Part shown: positions 25,721 to 40,900 of the stretch, one piece after another
Position numbering within the stretch: the stretch's first letter is position 1
Layout of the letters: every line of letters begins with the position of its first letter
Source of the DNA: Phoronis australis
Taxonomy: Eukaryota; Animalia; Phoronida
Assembly: GCA_002633005.1 (NCBI GenBank)
Contig: NMRA01000926.1
Span: 33,010-97,009 of the forward strand
Reading direction: 5' to 3'
DNA: 64,000 nt
Program-made: the position numbers and the translations under genes
The notes under the pieces: model-generated
Told to the model about the DNA's origin: nothing
Database searches by the model: none
What the model saw: the letters and a program-made list of their open reading frames with translations, nothing else

Positions 25721-28700
25721 TGGGTGCACGAAAAACGCGGAGTTTTAATGAAAACAGAAACATACTTTAAACAATTGCACTTGACTTAATGACACTAAAC
25801 TAAATATTATTAAAACAGCTTTTGAATTAAAACTATACACTCTACTGATGTTGTAGTGTTACAAACAGGTATCGGCATTGAAGTAAATTTCCACTCAGGT
25901 GGTTGTTAGAATCTTGCGATTCCTATAGGAAAATGCTCAGCGCCAGAAGATTTTATTGTATCATTCACTGTCACTAAGATATATAAATTATTACATGGCG
26001 AAGTCGTTATCCCCCGTTATCTAGAGCCCGAGTGGATTCTGGAGAATTATGGTGCTAATAATGGACTCTGCGCGTGCGCATTACTGCAATTGTTATGGGA
26101 AGTTACTGACAGCAACCGTTTACCAATATGAAAAGTAATTCTTCAAAATTGTAGGAGAAATTACATGTTAATATTTTGATGACCTTTCCACTAATTGAAC
26201 TCTTTAGGTGCATTATTAGCCTCGATGAGGGAATACATGTAAACTCAATTAAAAGTGTGGTTAAAGCTAAGAATTACAGATGTTTTACTTTAAGCATTTC
26301 AGAATACAAGATGAATGAATTGGTGAAACTTTCAGAAGAAAAATGCATCTAATGACACCATGGGTGCACCAAATGACCTGAAAATATATAATTCAAACTC
26401 AATCGCATTTAGTAAACAAATATGTGATTTTGAAGTCTCTAGCTCAAAATTTTAGTTTTCACTCAATGACATTTGACGTATTTTTTTCTGGTTGGTTAGG
26501 CCTATTGCCAATGTGCTGAAATGGAAAAGAATTCCTCAAAAAATGTAGGAGATGTAACATTTTGAACGTTGGGTGACCTTTGCACTAATTGACCATATCC
26601 GGTGCATTATAGCGTCTTGAGGAGAATTATTGCAAAGCTCGTGAAAAGTGTGTTTAATGCTGAGAATCACAGTTGTCTAACGTTTGACACATTAGAATAC
26701 TTGGTGAGGGAAAAGGACAGATTTTCTGAAGAAAAATGCACCCAATGACCCATGATTGCACTAAATGACCTGAAAGTTCGTACTTTAAATTGAATTAGAC
26801 GTACAGTGTACCAATCGGACTTGTGAATTTGAAGTGTCTAGCTCAAAATTTTAGTTTACACTCAATGACCTTTGACCTATTTTCTCTGATTGGATGATCC
26901 TATTGCTTAATAAAATAGGGTATTTCATTGGCATATAGGTTTACAACAATGTGCTGGAATTGAAGAGAATTCCTTGAAAAATGAAGAAGAAATGAAATTT
27001 TCAAAAGTAGATAACCTTTGCACTAATTGACCCTATCCGGTGCATTATAAGCGTCTTGAGGAGAATTATTGCAAAGACCATGAAAATGTGTTTAATGCTG
27101 AGAATCACAATTGTCTAACAGTTGATAAATCAGAATACTTGGTGAATGAAAAGGTCAAGTTTTCAGAAGAAAAATGCACCTAATGGCCTCATGTTAGCAC
27201 TAAATGACCTGAAATTTTGGCTTCCGAATTGAATTACCTTTGCCATTCAGACCTGTGAATTTGAAGTGAGTAGCTCAAAATCTTTGTTTGCACCTAATGA
27301 CCTTTGATCCTTTAATCTGATTGGATGACTCGATTACTTAGAAAAGTAAATTTTTAAATTGCCTTATTGACTTATACCTTTGTACCGAATTTGAAAAGAG
27401 TAGCTTTAAAAACAAAGAAGGGTAGCATTTTGAAAATTATATGACCTTTGCACCAAATGACTTCTTTGGGTGCAATATGGAATATGATTATATAGCTAAT
27501 CAAAATTTTTGTACTGTCAAAAAAGATATGCTGAATTTAAAGAACGTAGCTATTAAGCCTCAAAGTTGGTCGGAAGAAGAATAAGAAGAACTAGAAAGAT
27601 TATTTTCACGGCGTGACAACAATGGACTCTACGCGTTTGTATTAAACGAATTGTTATGGGAAGTTACCGACAGCAACCCGTTAACCAATTTGAAAAGGAA
27701 TTCTTTAAAACTGTAGGAAAAATAACATGTTAATATTTTGATTACCTTTCCACTAATTGACTTCTTTCGGTGCATTATGAGCCCGGATGAGGGAATAATT
27801 GTAAACTCGATTAAAAGTGTGGTTAACGCTAATAATCACAGATGTTTTACTTTAAGCACTTTAGAATACAACTTGAATGAATTTGTCGAACTTTCAGAAG
27901 AAAAAATGCACCTAATGACCCAATGGGTGCACCAAATGACCTGACAATTTAGAATACAAACGCAACCACATTTACTAAACAGATATGTAATTCTGAAGAC
28001 TCTAGATCAAAATTTTAGTTTGCACGCAATGACCTTTGACCTATTTTTCTCATTGGTTAGGCCTATTGCATAGTGAAGTAGGACGTTCGATTGGCATGGT
28101 GACTGACATCCGTGTGCTGAACTTGAAAAGAATTCTTTGAAAAATGTAGGGAATATAACATTTTTACCGTTAGATGGCCTTTGCACTTATTGACCCTGTC
28201 CGGTGCATTGTAAGCGTCTTTAGGAGAATCATTGCAAATCCCGTGAAAAGTGTGGTTAGTACTGAGAATCACCTTTGTTTAAAGGTTGACACTTCAGAAT
28301 ACTTATTGAATGAAAAGGACAAATTTTCAGAAGAAAAATGCACCTAATGACCCCACGGTTGCACTAAATGACCTGAAACCTCGTATTTCAAATTGAATTG
28401 GACGTACCAATCAGACTTGTGATTTTGAAGTGTCTAGCTCAAAATTTTGGTTTGTACTTAATGACCTTTGACCTTTTAAACCTGATTGGATGACTCGATT
28501 TCTTAGAAAAGTATTTTTTTAGTTTTTTTATTGACCATACGTGTTCACCGAATTCGAAAAAGATATCTTTACAACAAAGGAAGAGCTAGCATTTTGAAAA
28601 TTACAAGACCTTTGCACTAAGTGACCTCTTCCGATGCATTATAAGCCTGTTTGGTAGAATTTTTGCAAAGCTCGTGTTCAGTGTGTTAAATGCAGATAAT

Positions 28701-31700
28701 TGCAGTTGTCTAACTGTTGACTCATCAGAATACTTGGTGAACGAAAAGGACAAATTTTCAGAAGAAAAATGTACCTAATGATCCCATGTTTGCACTAAAT
28801 AACCTGAAACTTTGGATTTCGAATTGAATTTCCTGTGCCGATCAGACGTGTGAATTTGAACGGTCTAGCACAAAATCTTAGTTTGCACCTAATGACCTTT
28901 GACCTGTTAAACCTGATTGGATGATCCAATTACTTTTAAAAATAATTTTTGAAATTGTCTTTTTGACTTATACCTGTGCACCGAATTTGAAAAGAATATT
29001 TTTAAAAATGAAGGAGTCGCATTTTAAAAATTACATGACCTTGGCACCAAATGACCTCTTACGGTGCATTATGGAACATGATTATACAACGAATCAAAAT
29101 TCATGTGCTGCTTAAAATTATAAATTAAATTTGAAGAACATACCTGCAACCATTTTGGAGTTATTAACTGTCAAAGTTGGTCAGAAGAAGAACAAGAATA
29201 AGAAGAATAAGAAATAGAACGCAATTGCGTATGCGCACTTACAACTCTGCCCATGGTGTACGCACATGCAGAATGGAGTACAGGCGCATTACATTGCATA
29301 GAAGTTGCATCTTTTGTGTGAAAGAAAGTGATGTCCCTGGTAACTATGAAAGAGCAAGAGTGAAATTTAGAATATCAAGTGAAAACTGCACTTAATGACC
29401 CCACAGTTGCACCTAATGACCCTAAAATTTGTGAATGGATTTCCTTTGCGAATGAAAATGATATGCATGATTATGTAAAGTCTAGCTCAAAAATCTCTTT
29501 TGCACTTACTGACCTTTCTCCCAGAAATTCGGTTCAGTTGATCAGATCGAAATTCCATGTAAGTTGTATGTTCTCTTATATGGCACCAAAATTGAAAAGG
29601 CAATCTCAAAAGTCGCAGGAAAAGCACTTCAAAGAATTACACTGCTTGACCCTCTTGAGGTCCTATAGTGCATTTTGGGTATTATCATTAGAATTTGATC
29701 GGCAATTGGTTGAACCACCATGAATTTGAACGCTCTGCCTAATGCATCATTTAAGTTCAAGCTGATTAAAAAGTCTTAAATTTTACACAAAACTGCATAT
29801 AGTGACCCCAAAGTTTGGCACCAAACTTCCTTTATGAATGGTAATCACTTGCATGATTATGAAACCTGAAGCTCAAAAATCACTTTTGCACTTAATGACC
29901 TTTGACCCGGAAACTCGGTTCCTTTGATCTGATTGAAATTCCAAGTAAATTTGGGATGCAGATCTCTAGTGCCTTCTTGCTATCAAAAATCGAAGATTCT
30001 ACATGTATCTAAAAACCTGTAGAAGGAGAAGCAATTCAAAGGAAAGCACTCCTTGACCCTTTTTGGGGCAATCCGGTGCATTTTGAGTCAAATCCATGGG
30101 ATCAATAGAATTTGATCAGCAATTGGTTGAACCACCATGAATTTGAACGCTCTCACTAATGCATCAATTAAGTACAAGCTTTTTGAAAAAGTCTTAAATT
30201 TAACAGAAAAGTGCATTTAATGACCCCAAAGTTGCACCCAGTGACCCCAAAGTTTGTGACTGAACTTCATTTATGAATGGTAATCACATGCATGATTATG
30301 AAAGGTCTAGCCCAAAAATCACTTTTGCACTTAATGACCTTTGACTCGGAAACTCGGTTCCCTTGGTCAGATTCATTTGGAAATCCGTGTAAATTTCTGA
30401 TGCACTTCTTTAGTCCCTACTTGTTAACAAAATTCGAAGAATATATCTAAAAAACTATAGAAGAAGCATTTCGAAAAAATGCACTCCTTCACCCGTTTCA
30501 GGTCATCCTAGTGCATTTAGGGTCGAAAAAATATTACCAATATAAACTCTTTAACTATCGTATCAATAACAATGAATATTATTGTTCTAATTGAATGAAT
30601 GTAAGTGTAATAACAACATGAAAAGGAAGGGAGAAGAACAAGAATAAGAACTAGAACGCAATCTCGTATGCGCACTTACAACTCTGCGCGTGGTGTATGC
30701 ATGTGCATAGTGAAGTATAGGGGCATTGTATTGCATAGAAGTTGCATCCTATGTGTGAAAGAGAGAGATGTCCCTGGTAACTATGAAAGAGCAAGAGTAA
30801 ACAGTAAGAATATCAACGGAAAACTGCACTTAATGACTACACAGTTGTACCTAATGACCCCAAAGTTTGTGACTGAATTTTCTTTACGAATGAAAACTAT
30901 ATACGTGATTATGTGAGGTTTAGCTCAAAAATCACTTTTGCACTTAATGACCTTTGATCCAGAAACTTGGTACCCTTAATCCAATTTCAATGCCATGTAA
31001 ATTTCGGATGCAGATCTTTAATGCCTGCTTGTTAACAAAATTCGGAGAGTCTATCTAAAAGCCTGAAGGAGAAGAAGCAATTTGTTGGAATGCACCCTTT
31101 GGCCCATTTCAGGTCTATTCGGTCCATTTTGGGTCAAATCCATGTGATCAATAGATTTTGATCGGCAATTGGTTTAACCACCATGAATGTATATGCTCCC
31201 CCTAATGCATCATTTAGGTCGAAGCTGATTGAATATGTCTTAAATTTAACAAAAAACTGAGCGTAATGACCCCAAATATGCACCTAGTGAACCCAAACTT
31301 TGTAACTGAACTTCCTTTATAAATGGTAACCATGTGCATGATTATGAAAGGTCTAGCTCATGAACCACTTTTGCACTTAATGACCTTTCACCCGGAAACT
31401 GGGTTCCCTTGATCCGATTGGAAATCCAAGTAAATTTCGGATGCAAATCTCTAGTGCCTACTTGTTAACAAAATTCGAAGAGTCTATCTAAAAAACTGTA
31501 GAAGAAGAAGCATTTTAACAAATTGCACTCCTTGACCCATTCAGGTCATCCTAGTGCATTTTGGATCAAAATATAATCAGTACAAATCCATTAACTATCG
31601 TATCAATCACAGTGAATGTTATTGTTCTAAATGAATGAATGTAGATGTAATAACAATATGAAAAGGAAGGAAGAATAAGAATAAGAATAAGAATAAGAAG

Positions 31701-34141
31701 ATAAAATACGTTGAACAGTAACACTCTGCGCTTGCAGGCGCAGAGTAACTAGAAAGGTTATTTTCACGGCGTGACAATAATGGACTCTGCGCGTGCGTAT
31801 TACTGGAATTATTATGGGAAATTAGTGACGGCAACCCGCTTGCCAATACAAAAAGGAATTCTTTGAAATTGTAGGAGAAATTAAATATTAATATTTTGAG
31901 GACATTTCCACTAATTGACCTCTTCCGGTGCATTATGAGCCCTTATAAGGGAATAATTATTAACTCGATTAAAAGTGTGGTTAGTGCTAAAAATCACAGC
32001 TGTTTTACTTTAATAACTTCAGAATACAAGATGAATGAACTGGTCAAAGTTTCAGAAGAAAAATGCATCTAATGACCACATGGGTGCACCAAATGACCTG
32101 AAAATTTAAAATTCAAATTCAATCGCAGAAAGTTTACCTAAAGTCTGTATATTCAAAGGTTATTTGACGGATTTTCATAAAATTTGGCAGATAGGCATAC
32201 AGCATTTTAATTTTGAAGTCTCTAGCTCAAAATTTTAATTTGCACTCAATGACCTTTGTTTTTCTGATTGGTTAGGCCTAATGCGAAGTAAATTAGGGTA
32301 TTCGATTGGCAGTTGACTTACACCAGTGTGCTGTAATTGAAAATAATTCCTACAAAACGTAAGAGATATAACATTTTGACCTCTTCCGGTTCGATATGGA
32401 ATATGATTATGTAACGAATCAAAATTGATGTACTGTCAATTTATGCTGAATTTAAAGAACGTAACTGCACAGAATTTGGAGTTATTAAGCCTCAAAGTTG
32501 GTCGAAAGAAGAATAAGAGAAAGAAGAATAAGAGAAAGAAGAAAAAGAATAAGAATAAAATTGAAGAAAATCCTGGAACAACAGTACTTTGTGCTTGCAC
32601 GCGCAGATTAATAAAATGGAAGAAAACCCAGGAGCAACAGTACTCTGCGCTTGTACGCGCAGAGTAATAATAAGAACTAGAAAGATTATTGTCACGACGT
32701 GACAATAATGGATTTTGCGCGTGCGTATTTACTGGAATTGTTTTGGGAAGTTACTGACAGCAAACCGTTTACCAATATGAAAAGGAATTCTTTAAAATCG
32801 TAGAAGAAACTAGAAAGATTATTGTCACGGCGTGACAATAATGGACTCTGCGCGTGTATATTCCTGCAATTGTTATGAGAAGTTACTGACAGCAAAACTG
32901 CACCAATATGAAAATTAATTCTTTAAAATTGTAGGAGAAATTACATGTTAATATTTTGATGACCTTTCTAGTAATTGACCTCTTCCGGTGCATTATGAGC
33001 CCCGATGAGAGAATAATTGTACACTCGATTAAAAGTGTGGTTAATGCTACAAATCACGGAGTTTTTCTTCAAGCACTTTAGAATACAACATGAATAAATT
33101 GGTCAAACTTTCAGAAGAAAAATGCACTTAATGACCCAAGGGTTTACCAATTGACCTGATAATTTAGAATTCAAACTCAATCACATTTACTAAACAGATA
33201 TGTAATTTTGAAGTCTCTATCTCAAAATTTTAGTTTGCACTCAGTGCCTTCGCCCTATTTTTCTGATTGGTTAGGCCAATTGCATAGTAAATTAGGACGT
33301 TCGATTGGCATGGTGACTTAAACCAGTGTGCTGAACTTGAAAAGAATTCCTTGAAAAATGTAGGGGATATAACATTTTGAACGTTAGATGACCTTTGCAC
33401 TAATTGACCCTATCCGGTGCATTATAAGTGTCTTTAGGAGAATCATTGCAAAGCCCGTGAAAAGTGTGTTTAATGCTGAGAATCACAGTTGTCTAACCGT
33501 TGACACATCAGAATACTTAAGTGAATGAAAAGGAAAAATTTTCAGAAGAAAAATGCACCTAACGACCCCATGGTTGCACTAAATGATCTGAAACTTCGTA
33601 TTTCAAATTTAATTAGACGTACCGATCAGACTTGTGAATCTGAAGTGTCTAGCTCAATATTTTAGTTTGCACCTAATGAACTTTGACCTGTTTTATCTGA
33701 TTGGATGATTCGATTACTTAGAAAAGTATTTTTTTAAATTGTCATGTTGACTTATACCTGTGCACCGAATTTTAAAACTGAAGGAGGAGTAGCATTTTGA
33801 AAATTTTATGACCTTTGCACCTAACGACCCCTTCCGGTTCAATATGGAATATGATTATATAACGAACAGGTCACGTGATCTTCTTCCCGCCAGATGTGCG
33901 TTTGAAATTGTGCTGAAGATTTCTCAATTATTTTTCTATATTCAAGTCTTAAGTTATCTTATACTTCACCCACGATGAGTGCTGATGAACCAAGAAAGAG
34001 GTTTGCAAGCAAAGATAGCGCATCCTCAAACGACAGAGCAAAAAACATACTCAAACAACCCTTGAATTCCGTCAGCTTGACCCGCCCCTATGTGAATCCG
34101 ACTCAAATGAGGACATTGCAAAGCTCGAAAAAGCGCTGACT

Positions 34142-34684
34142 TTGGCCCAAGTTATTAAAACACTTCGTGATCAACTATTCCAGCCTGCCCTGGATGATAT
34201 AAAGGCCTACTACGAGTCCATCCTTAACCAAAAAGACAAAGAAATACAGCTGCTGAATGAGCAAGTCAACAATTTGTCAGCAAATCTAGACAACCTAGAG
34301 AAATACTCGCGTCGCGCCAATAATATAGTTATATTTCGAGTCGATGAACCTGTAAATGAAACACCTGGAGCCACTGACAACATTGTGATCAACTTGGGAC
34401 GCAAACTAGGTCTTGAAATTAACCCCCAACAAATCAGCAGATCCCGCAGACTCGGGCCCAAACTACGTAAACATGGAGCTAGATATTCGCGAAAAGATCG
34501 CCCTATCATCTGTAAGTTTGTGTCATATAGTACCAGAGCTGCTTTCCTTCACAACAGAAGTCTACGCCGCAAACTGAACTTACCATCCCCGATCTACATC
34601 AATGAAAATCTCACGAAACAACGGTCCCTTCTCTACGCCCGCTGTCGCCGCCTCGTACAATCTAAAGCCATCGCTAAAACGTAG
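34142..34684 (+). pseudogene. LINE ORF1 protein (coiled coil plus RRM/CTD-like)
   Basis: Heptad region followed by LEKYSRRANNIVI...ISRSRRLG...RPIICKF...IYINENLT; disrupted upstream and by a downstream stop. Confidence 0.8.
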
Positions 34685-36372
34685 ACGCATGACTGTAACG
34701 TAACAATACAGTTGCATAAATACAGGATAAAGCAGGTTTCCTCAGAAAGTGACCATCTAGTGTTAGAAAACTGCGAAGTTTAAATTGTATTCTGCTCTCT
34801 CGTCCTATTGTAGTTCACATGCAATTACTCACTGGTGACATCCCTCAGTTTGTTTGCGTTCACTCACCCCACCCCCATGTCTTGAGAGGATCAGGTAATT
34901 GTCCTGTCAACTGATACTTATTCAGTTTTCTCCCTTATGTAATACCAGATCACGCTCAATCACCTCTCTATCAGTGGTGGTGAACTCTATCCAGGTCCGT
35001 AGCGATCACAACACCTTATACTGACCACAGGTAATGGTAATGCATCGAATTCTTAATCTGCATCTACTGTAAATCATTCATGTTTGGAGCATTAGCTTTG
35101 TTGATTATCCCCTATTACAGTTTCCCAGTTGCACCCTCACCAAAAATGTATCTTTGCACCTGCCTACAGAATGTATTAATGTGGTATTTTTGGTTGCCGT
35201 TAAAACATGTTTCCCACATTTTAATTTGAATGTGTGACGGAATTGTACACTGCATGATATTCACATAAGGCAATGATTCTCATATGTGAGCTCAGGCCTT
35301 AGTGGCTGTCCCTTATATAATTTTTTTTCAGATTCTTGTGTTTCTTAGAACGTTGATTTTGTGGACAACTCTATACCAAATTGTCGGTCAGGATAAATTT
35401 ACCCGTCAATGATTTTGTGAGGCATTTCTGTTCGGTCATGTTATTGACACCTCTCACTTACTATAATATTGATTTTAATTTCTAGACACTTGTTCTGTTC
35501 TCTGTCAGTCAGGTGCAGAATATTCAACTGCATGTAATTTTTGTTGTGGGTTTCAGAATGACTCCCCATATCATTAATTAGTTATTACTAATTTAGCTTG
35601 CCCGTTAAAAATCACGTTGAGCACTGCCTGTCACCATAATTTAGTTAATAATGAGTTCCAATTTGAAATAATCCCTGTGAAAACTGGTGTTCCTATCCGT
35701 GAGAAAGTTAACATCAATTCAGAAGACAACACCAAACACTTGAGCTGATCAGTCATTACTGGGTGACCTATAGTGGTAAGCACTTATTGCCTTATATCAA
35801 TTCTAAAACGTGTTACAGCTAAGTTATCCATATTGAGAGGTCTTCAATACATCTGTTTTTGTTTTCTTCAGCGAATTTGAGGGTTCAAGCTCTTATTTTT
35901 TACCTTCTTTTGTCCGTTACTATTTGGTCATATTTCCTCTGTACATATATTTAGGTCAATCATTATCTATATGTTTTGTATTTACTTGCAACACAACTAA
36001 CAGGTTTCCCAAGATTGAATTTATATGTTGTGCTTTTCAACTAAGTTGCTATTTATGTACCTGTAAGCGAGCCTATGATATAATTTTGTTTTTTTTTTAA
36101 AATGACTTACCTAATTGTCCAGACTACCTTATTCATTTAACAACCCTTGAATTTTCAGTAAGCATTGGTGTATTAATTGTTAAATACGGCTATCCTATGA
36201 GTGCCTCGAGTAGTGTGAGTTTCTCTGGTCTTACAATGTTTCCCCCGGCATGGTCACAGTTCAATTCTTCTCAGGGGCATCGAATGAGATATCACGCTAT
36301 GCGGGTTCAGCTTACTGATGTGTCTTACTATTGTTTACATAACACCGTATAGATTACGGAATCGTCATTGGC

Positions 36373-37929
36373 ATGTGCCTCCCTTTAGCTGGCGATATTG
36401 AAAAAAAAACGAGGCCTGAAGACAATACTACCTTTAAAATCTTATCTTCAAATATTAACAGCATTAAATCCAACAATTTCTCCAGATTCCAACTTCTAAA
36501 AAACTTTGTTCTGTCTTACGATTATATGATTGTCGCTCTTTGTGAAACTTGTAATGTTACCAAAGACGACTTTGATAATGAACTAATCATTCCTGGTTAC
36601 AGTGTAGCGTATCACAGTAACAGTGGCCGTGGCATCATCTTATTCACTAAAANNNNNNNNNNNNNNNNNNNNNNNNNNNNNNNNNNNNNNNNNNNNNNNN
36701 NNNNNNNNNNNNNNNNNNNNNNNNNNNNNNNNNNNNNNNNNNNNNNNNNNNNNNNNNNNNNNNNNNNNNNNNNNNNNNNNNNNNNNNNNNNNNNNNNNNN
36801 NNNNNNNNNNNNNNNNNNNNNNNNNNNNNNNNNNNNNNNNNNNNNNNNNNNNNNNNNNNNNNNNNNNNNNNNNNNNNNNNNNNNNNNNNNNNNNNNNNNN
36901 NNNNNNNNNNNNNNNNNNNNNNNNNNNNNNNNNNNNNNNNNNNNNNNNNNAGTATTCTTACATTTCTCAAACAAAACAGCTTGATCTATCATCGTCAATT
37001 TGTTTTTTTTTTGCGTGGGAACAGCACCGTGGCACAACTTGTTGAAATAGTACATGAGATTCATTTACATTTTGAGAAGGGCGAGAGTGTCAGGTCCATT
37101 TTTCTAGATATAGCTTCTGCTTTCGACTGTGTCCCTTACGACCTTCTACTGTACTTCACAAACTTCGATCCTATGGCATTACTGGTAATCTTTTAAACAT
37201 GATCACCTCATATCTCTCCGAAAGAACATATAGTGTTCGTGTCGACGACGTACTTCCAAATTTATCCCCTCCTGGATTTGTAAACGCAGGTGTACCGCAG
37301 GGTAGCATCTTGGGCCTTCTTCTCTTCTTGGTTTATATTAATGACCTTCCTGATAACCTGTCATGTAGCACACACCTTTACGCAGATGACACGGCGCTTT
37401 TTTACCCCTTCGCAGAGAGCAGCACCACTTAAATAAACACAGCTATTGGTCACAGGAATGGAGAATGAATTTTAAACCAGAAAAAAGCGTTGACCTCACC
37501 GTCTCCAAATCTATTAATGCTCTCTTCCTTGTTGACCCATCTTATGACCTTAAACTTAATGATGAAATCATTCCCAGAAAACAGTCTCACAGACATCTGG
37601 GTATACTGTCAGATGAAAAACTCTCATTCACCCCTCACGTTCGGGACCTCCTACAAAAAACTCAGGAAATAATTAACCCACTTAAGCTTGTCTATCGTCA
37701 TCTGAATTCTACACATTAAGAAGTTTTGTTCAAATTCTTTATACTTCCACACACTGATTATTGTGATATTATAAATCAGTCTGCCAATACGGGTGCAGTC
37801 CAACATTTGGAGAAGTTACAATATCATGCTGCCTTACTCATAACCGGAGCATACAGGGGATCCAATAGTGTTAAGGTTTTGAATAGTCTCAAGTGGCCCA
37901 AACAGTCTACTCGACGCAAATCACTTTTT
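36373..37929 (+). pseudogene. LINE ORF2 (APE endonuclease plus reverse transcriptase), frameshifted, spans a gap
   Basis: EN: SSNINSI, VALCET, GRGIILF. RT: STVAQL, IFLDIASAFDCV, GVPQGSILG, YINDL, LYADDT, HRHLGI. Confidence 0.88.
36653..36950. other. Assembly gap
   Basis: Run of N. Confidence 1.
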
Positions 37930-40900
37930 ATTATATAACTAATCAAAATTTATGTTCTGTCAAAAATCATATGCTGAGTTTAAAGAACGTACCTGCACCC
38001 AATTTGGAGTTATTAAGCCTCAAATTTTGTCGGAAGAAGAAAAAGAATAAGAATAAGAAGAATAAAATTGAAGAAAACCCAGGAACAACAGTACTCTGCG
38101 CTTGCACGCGCAGAGTAATAATAATAACTAGAATGCAATTGCGTATGCGCACTTACAACTTTGCGCGTGGTGTATGCACATGCATATTTAAGTATAGGTG
38201 CATAACATTTCATAAAAGTTGCATCCTTTGTATGAAAGAGAGCGATGTCCCTGGTAACTATGAAAGAGCAAGAGTGAAAAGTAAGAATATCAACGGAATA
38301 TTGCACGAAATGACCCCAAAGTTGCACCTAATTTCCCCAAAGTTTATTACTAAAGTTCCTTTAAAAATGAAAAGTATATACGCGATTATGTAAGCTCTAG
38401 CTCAAAAATCACTTTTGCACTTAATGACTTTTGATCCGGTATCAGTATCCTTTATCCGAACTAAATTCCTCGAAAATTTCGGGTGCACTTTTCTAGTATC
38501 TGCTTGTTATCAAAATTCGGAGAGTCTATCAAAAATGTAGAAGAAGAAGCAATTTGACGGAATGTACTCTCTGACCTGCATCGGGTCATTCCGGTGCATT
38601 TTGAGTCAAATACAAGAGATCAATAGAATTAGATTGCCAATTGCTTGAACCACCATGAATATGAAACTTCTCGATATTGAATAATGTAAGAACGAGCAGA
38701 TTGAATAAGTTTGAAATTTAAGAGAAAAGTGCTCTTAATGACCCCAAAGTTGCACTTAATGACCCCAAAGTTTATGATTGAACTTCCTTTGTGATTGGAA
38801 GCTACATGCATGAATAACAAAGGTCTAGCTCTAAAATTACTTTTGCACTTAATGACCATTGACCTGGAAACTTAGTTCCCTTGGTCCAATCGGAAATCCG
38901 TGTACATTTCTGATGCACTTATTTAGTCCCTACATGTTGAGAAAATTTCAAAGAGTATGTAAAAACTTGTAGAAGAAGAAGCATTTTGACGGAATACACT
39001 CCTTGACCTGTTTCAGGTGGTTCCAGTGCGTTTTGGGTCAAAAAATATAAACAATAAAAATCCCTTAACTATCGTATCAATCACAGTGAATATGATTGTT
39101 GTAAGTGAATCAATGTAAGAGTAATAAGAATCTGAAAAAGAAGGAAGAAGAAGAATAATAATAAGAAGATACGTAGAACAGTAAAACTCTGCGCTTGCAC
39201 GCGCTGAACAATAATAATAATAATAATAAGAACATAACGCAGTTGCATATGCGCACTTACAACTATGCAAGTGGTGTATGCATTTGCATAATAAAGTATA
39301 GGGGCATTACAGGAAGGAAGAATAAGAAGAATTAGAAGAATAAGAAGACTAAGAACAATGGTGAAAAGAAAGAATATCAACGGAAAATTGCACTAAATGA
39401 TCCCAAAGTTGCACCTAATGACCCCAAAGTTTGTTGCTGAATTTCCTTTACGAATGAAAAGTATATACGCGATTATGTAAGCTCTAGCTCAAAAGTTGGA
39501 TTTGCACTTAAAGACCTTTGACCCGGAAACTCGGTTCCCTTTATCCGATTTAAATTCCACGCAAATTTCGGTTGCACTTTTCTGCTGCCTGCTTGTTATG
39601 CAAATTCGAAGAGTCTATCTAATATCCTGTCCAAGAAAAAGCAATTTGATGGAATGCACTCTTTGACACATTTGGGGTCAATCTGGCGCATTTTGACTCA
39701 AATCCATGTGATCAATTGAGTTTGATCGGCAATTGGATGAACCACCTTGAATTTGAACGTTCTCCCTAATGCATCAATTAAGTACAAGCTGATTGAAAGA
39801 GTCTTAAATTTAACAGAAAACTGCACTTAATGACCCCAAAGTTGCATCTAGTGACCCCAAAGTTTGTGACTGCTCTTCTTTTATCAGTGGTAATCACATG
39901 CATGATTATGAAAGGTGTAGGTCAAAAATCACATTTGCACTTAATGACCTTTGAGCCGAAAGCTCAGTTCCCTTCATCCGATTGGAATTCCAAGTAAATT
40001 TCGGATGCACTTCTCTAGTTCCTGCTTGTTTTCAAAATTCGGAGACTCTTTATAAGAACCTGTAGAAGAAGAAGCATTTTGTAAAAATACACTCCATGAT
40101 CTGTTTTGGTTCATTCCGGTGCATTTTGGTCAAAACATTAATAATTAATAGAAATCCTTTCATCGTGGTATCAATCACAATGTATATGATTGTTGCCAAT
40201 AAATCCATGTAAGACTAATAATAATTTGAAAAGGAAGGAAGAATAAAAAGAATAAGAAGAATAATAATTTGAATAATAAGAATAAGAAGATAAAATACGT
40301 AGCAGAGTAAAACTCTGCGCTTGAACGCGCAGAGTAATAAGAAGAACTAGAGAGATTATTGCGCAGGTGTGTCCATAATGGATTCTGCTCGTGCGTATTA
40401 CTGGAATTGTAACGGGAAGTTACTGACAGCAACCCGTTTACCAATATGAAAAGGAATTCTTTAAAACTGAAGTTAATATTTGGATGACGTTTGCACTAAG
40501 TGGCCCCTTCTGATGCATTATGTGCCCTGATTAGGGAATAAGTGTAAACTCGATTAAAAGTGTGGTTAATGCTAAGAATCACAGATGTCTTACTTTAAGC
40601 ACTTTAGAATACACGGTGAAAGAATTGGTCAAACTTTCAGATGAAAAATGCACCTAATGACCCCATGGGTGCACCAAAAGACCTGAAACATTAGAATTCA
40701 AACTCAATCGGATTTACTAAACAGATATGTAATTTTGAAGTCTCTAGCTCAAAATTTCAGTTTGCACTTAATGACCTTTGAACTTTTTTCTGATTTGATG
40801 CGCATATTGCTTAGTAAAGTACATGTAGGGTGTTCGATTGTCATGTTGGTTTACACTTGTGTGCTGAAATGGAAAAGAACTCCTTGAAAAAGGCAGGAGC

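Larger units (their letters stand above)
33867..37929 (+). mobile_element. Non-LTR retrotransposon (CR1/L2-Crack-like), decayed, inserted in a family A unit
   Basis: ORF1, APE endonuclease and RT remnants in order; flanked by ATTATATAACGAA (33854-33866) and ATTATATAACTAA (37930-37942). Confidence 0.85.

Noticed and set aside
29177-40444. Lys-rich and Phe/Leu-rich ORFs in the array
   Set aside because: Translations of AAGAAT/AAT microsatellites.
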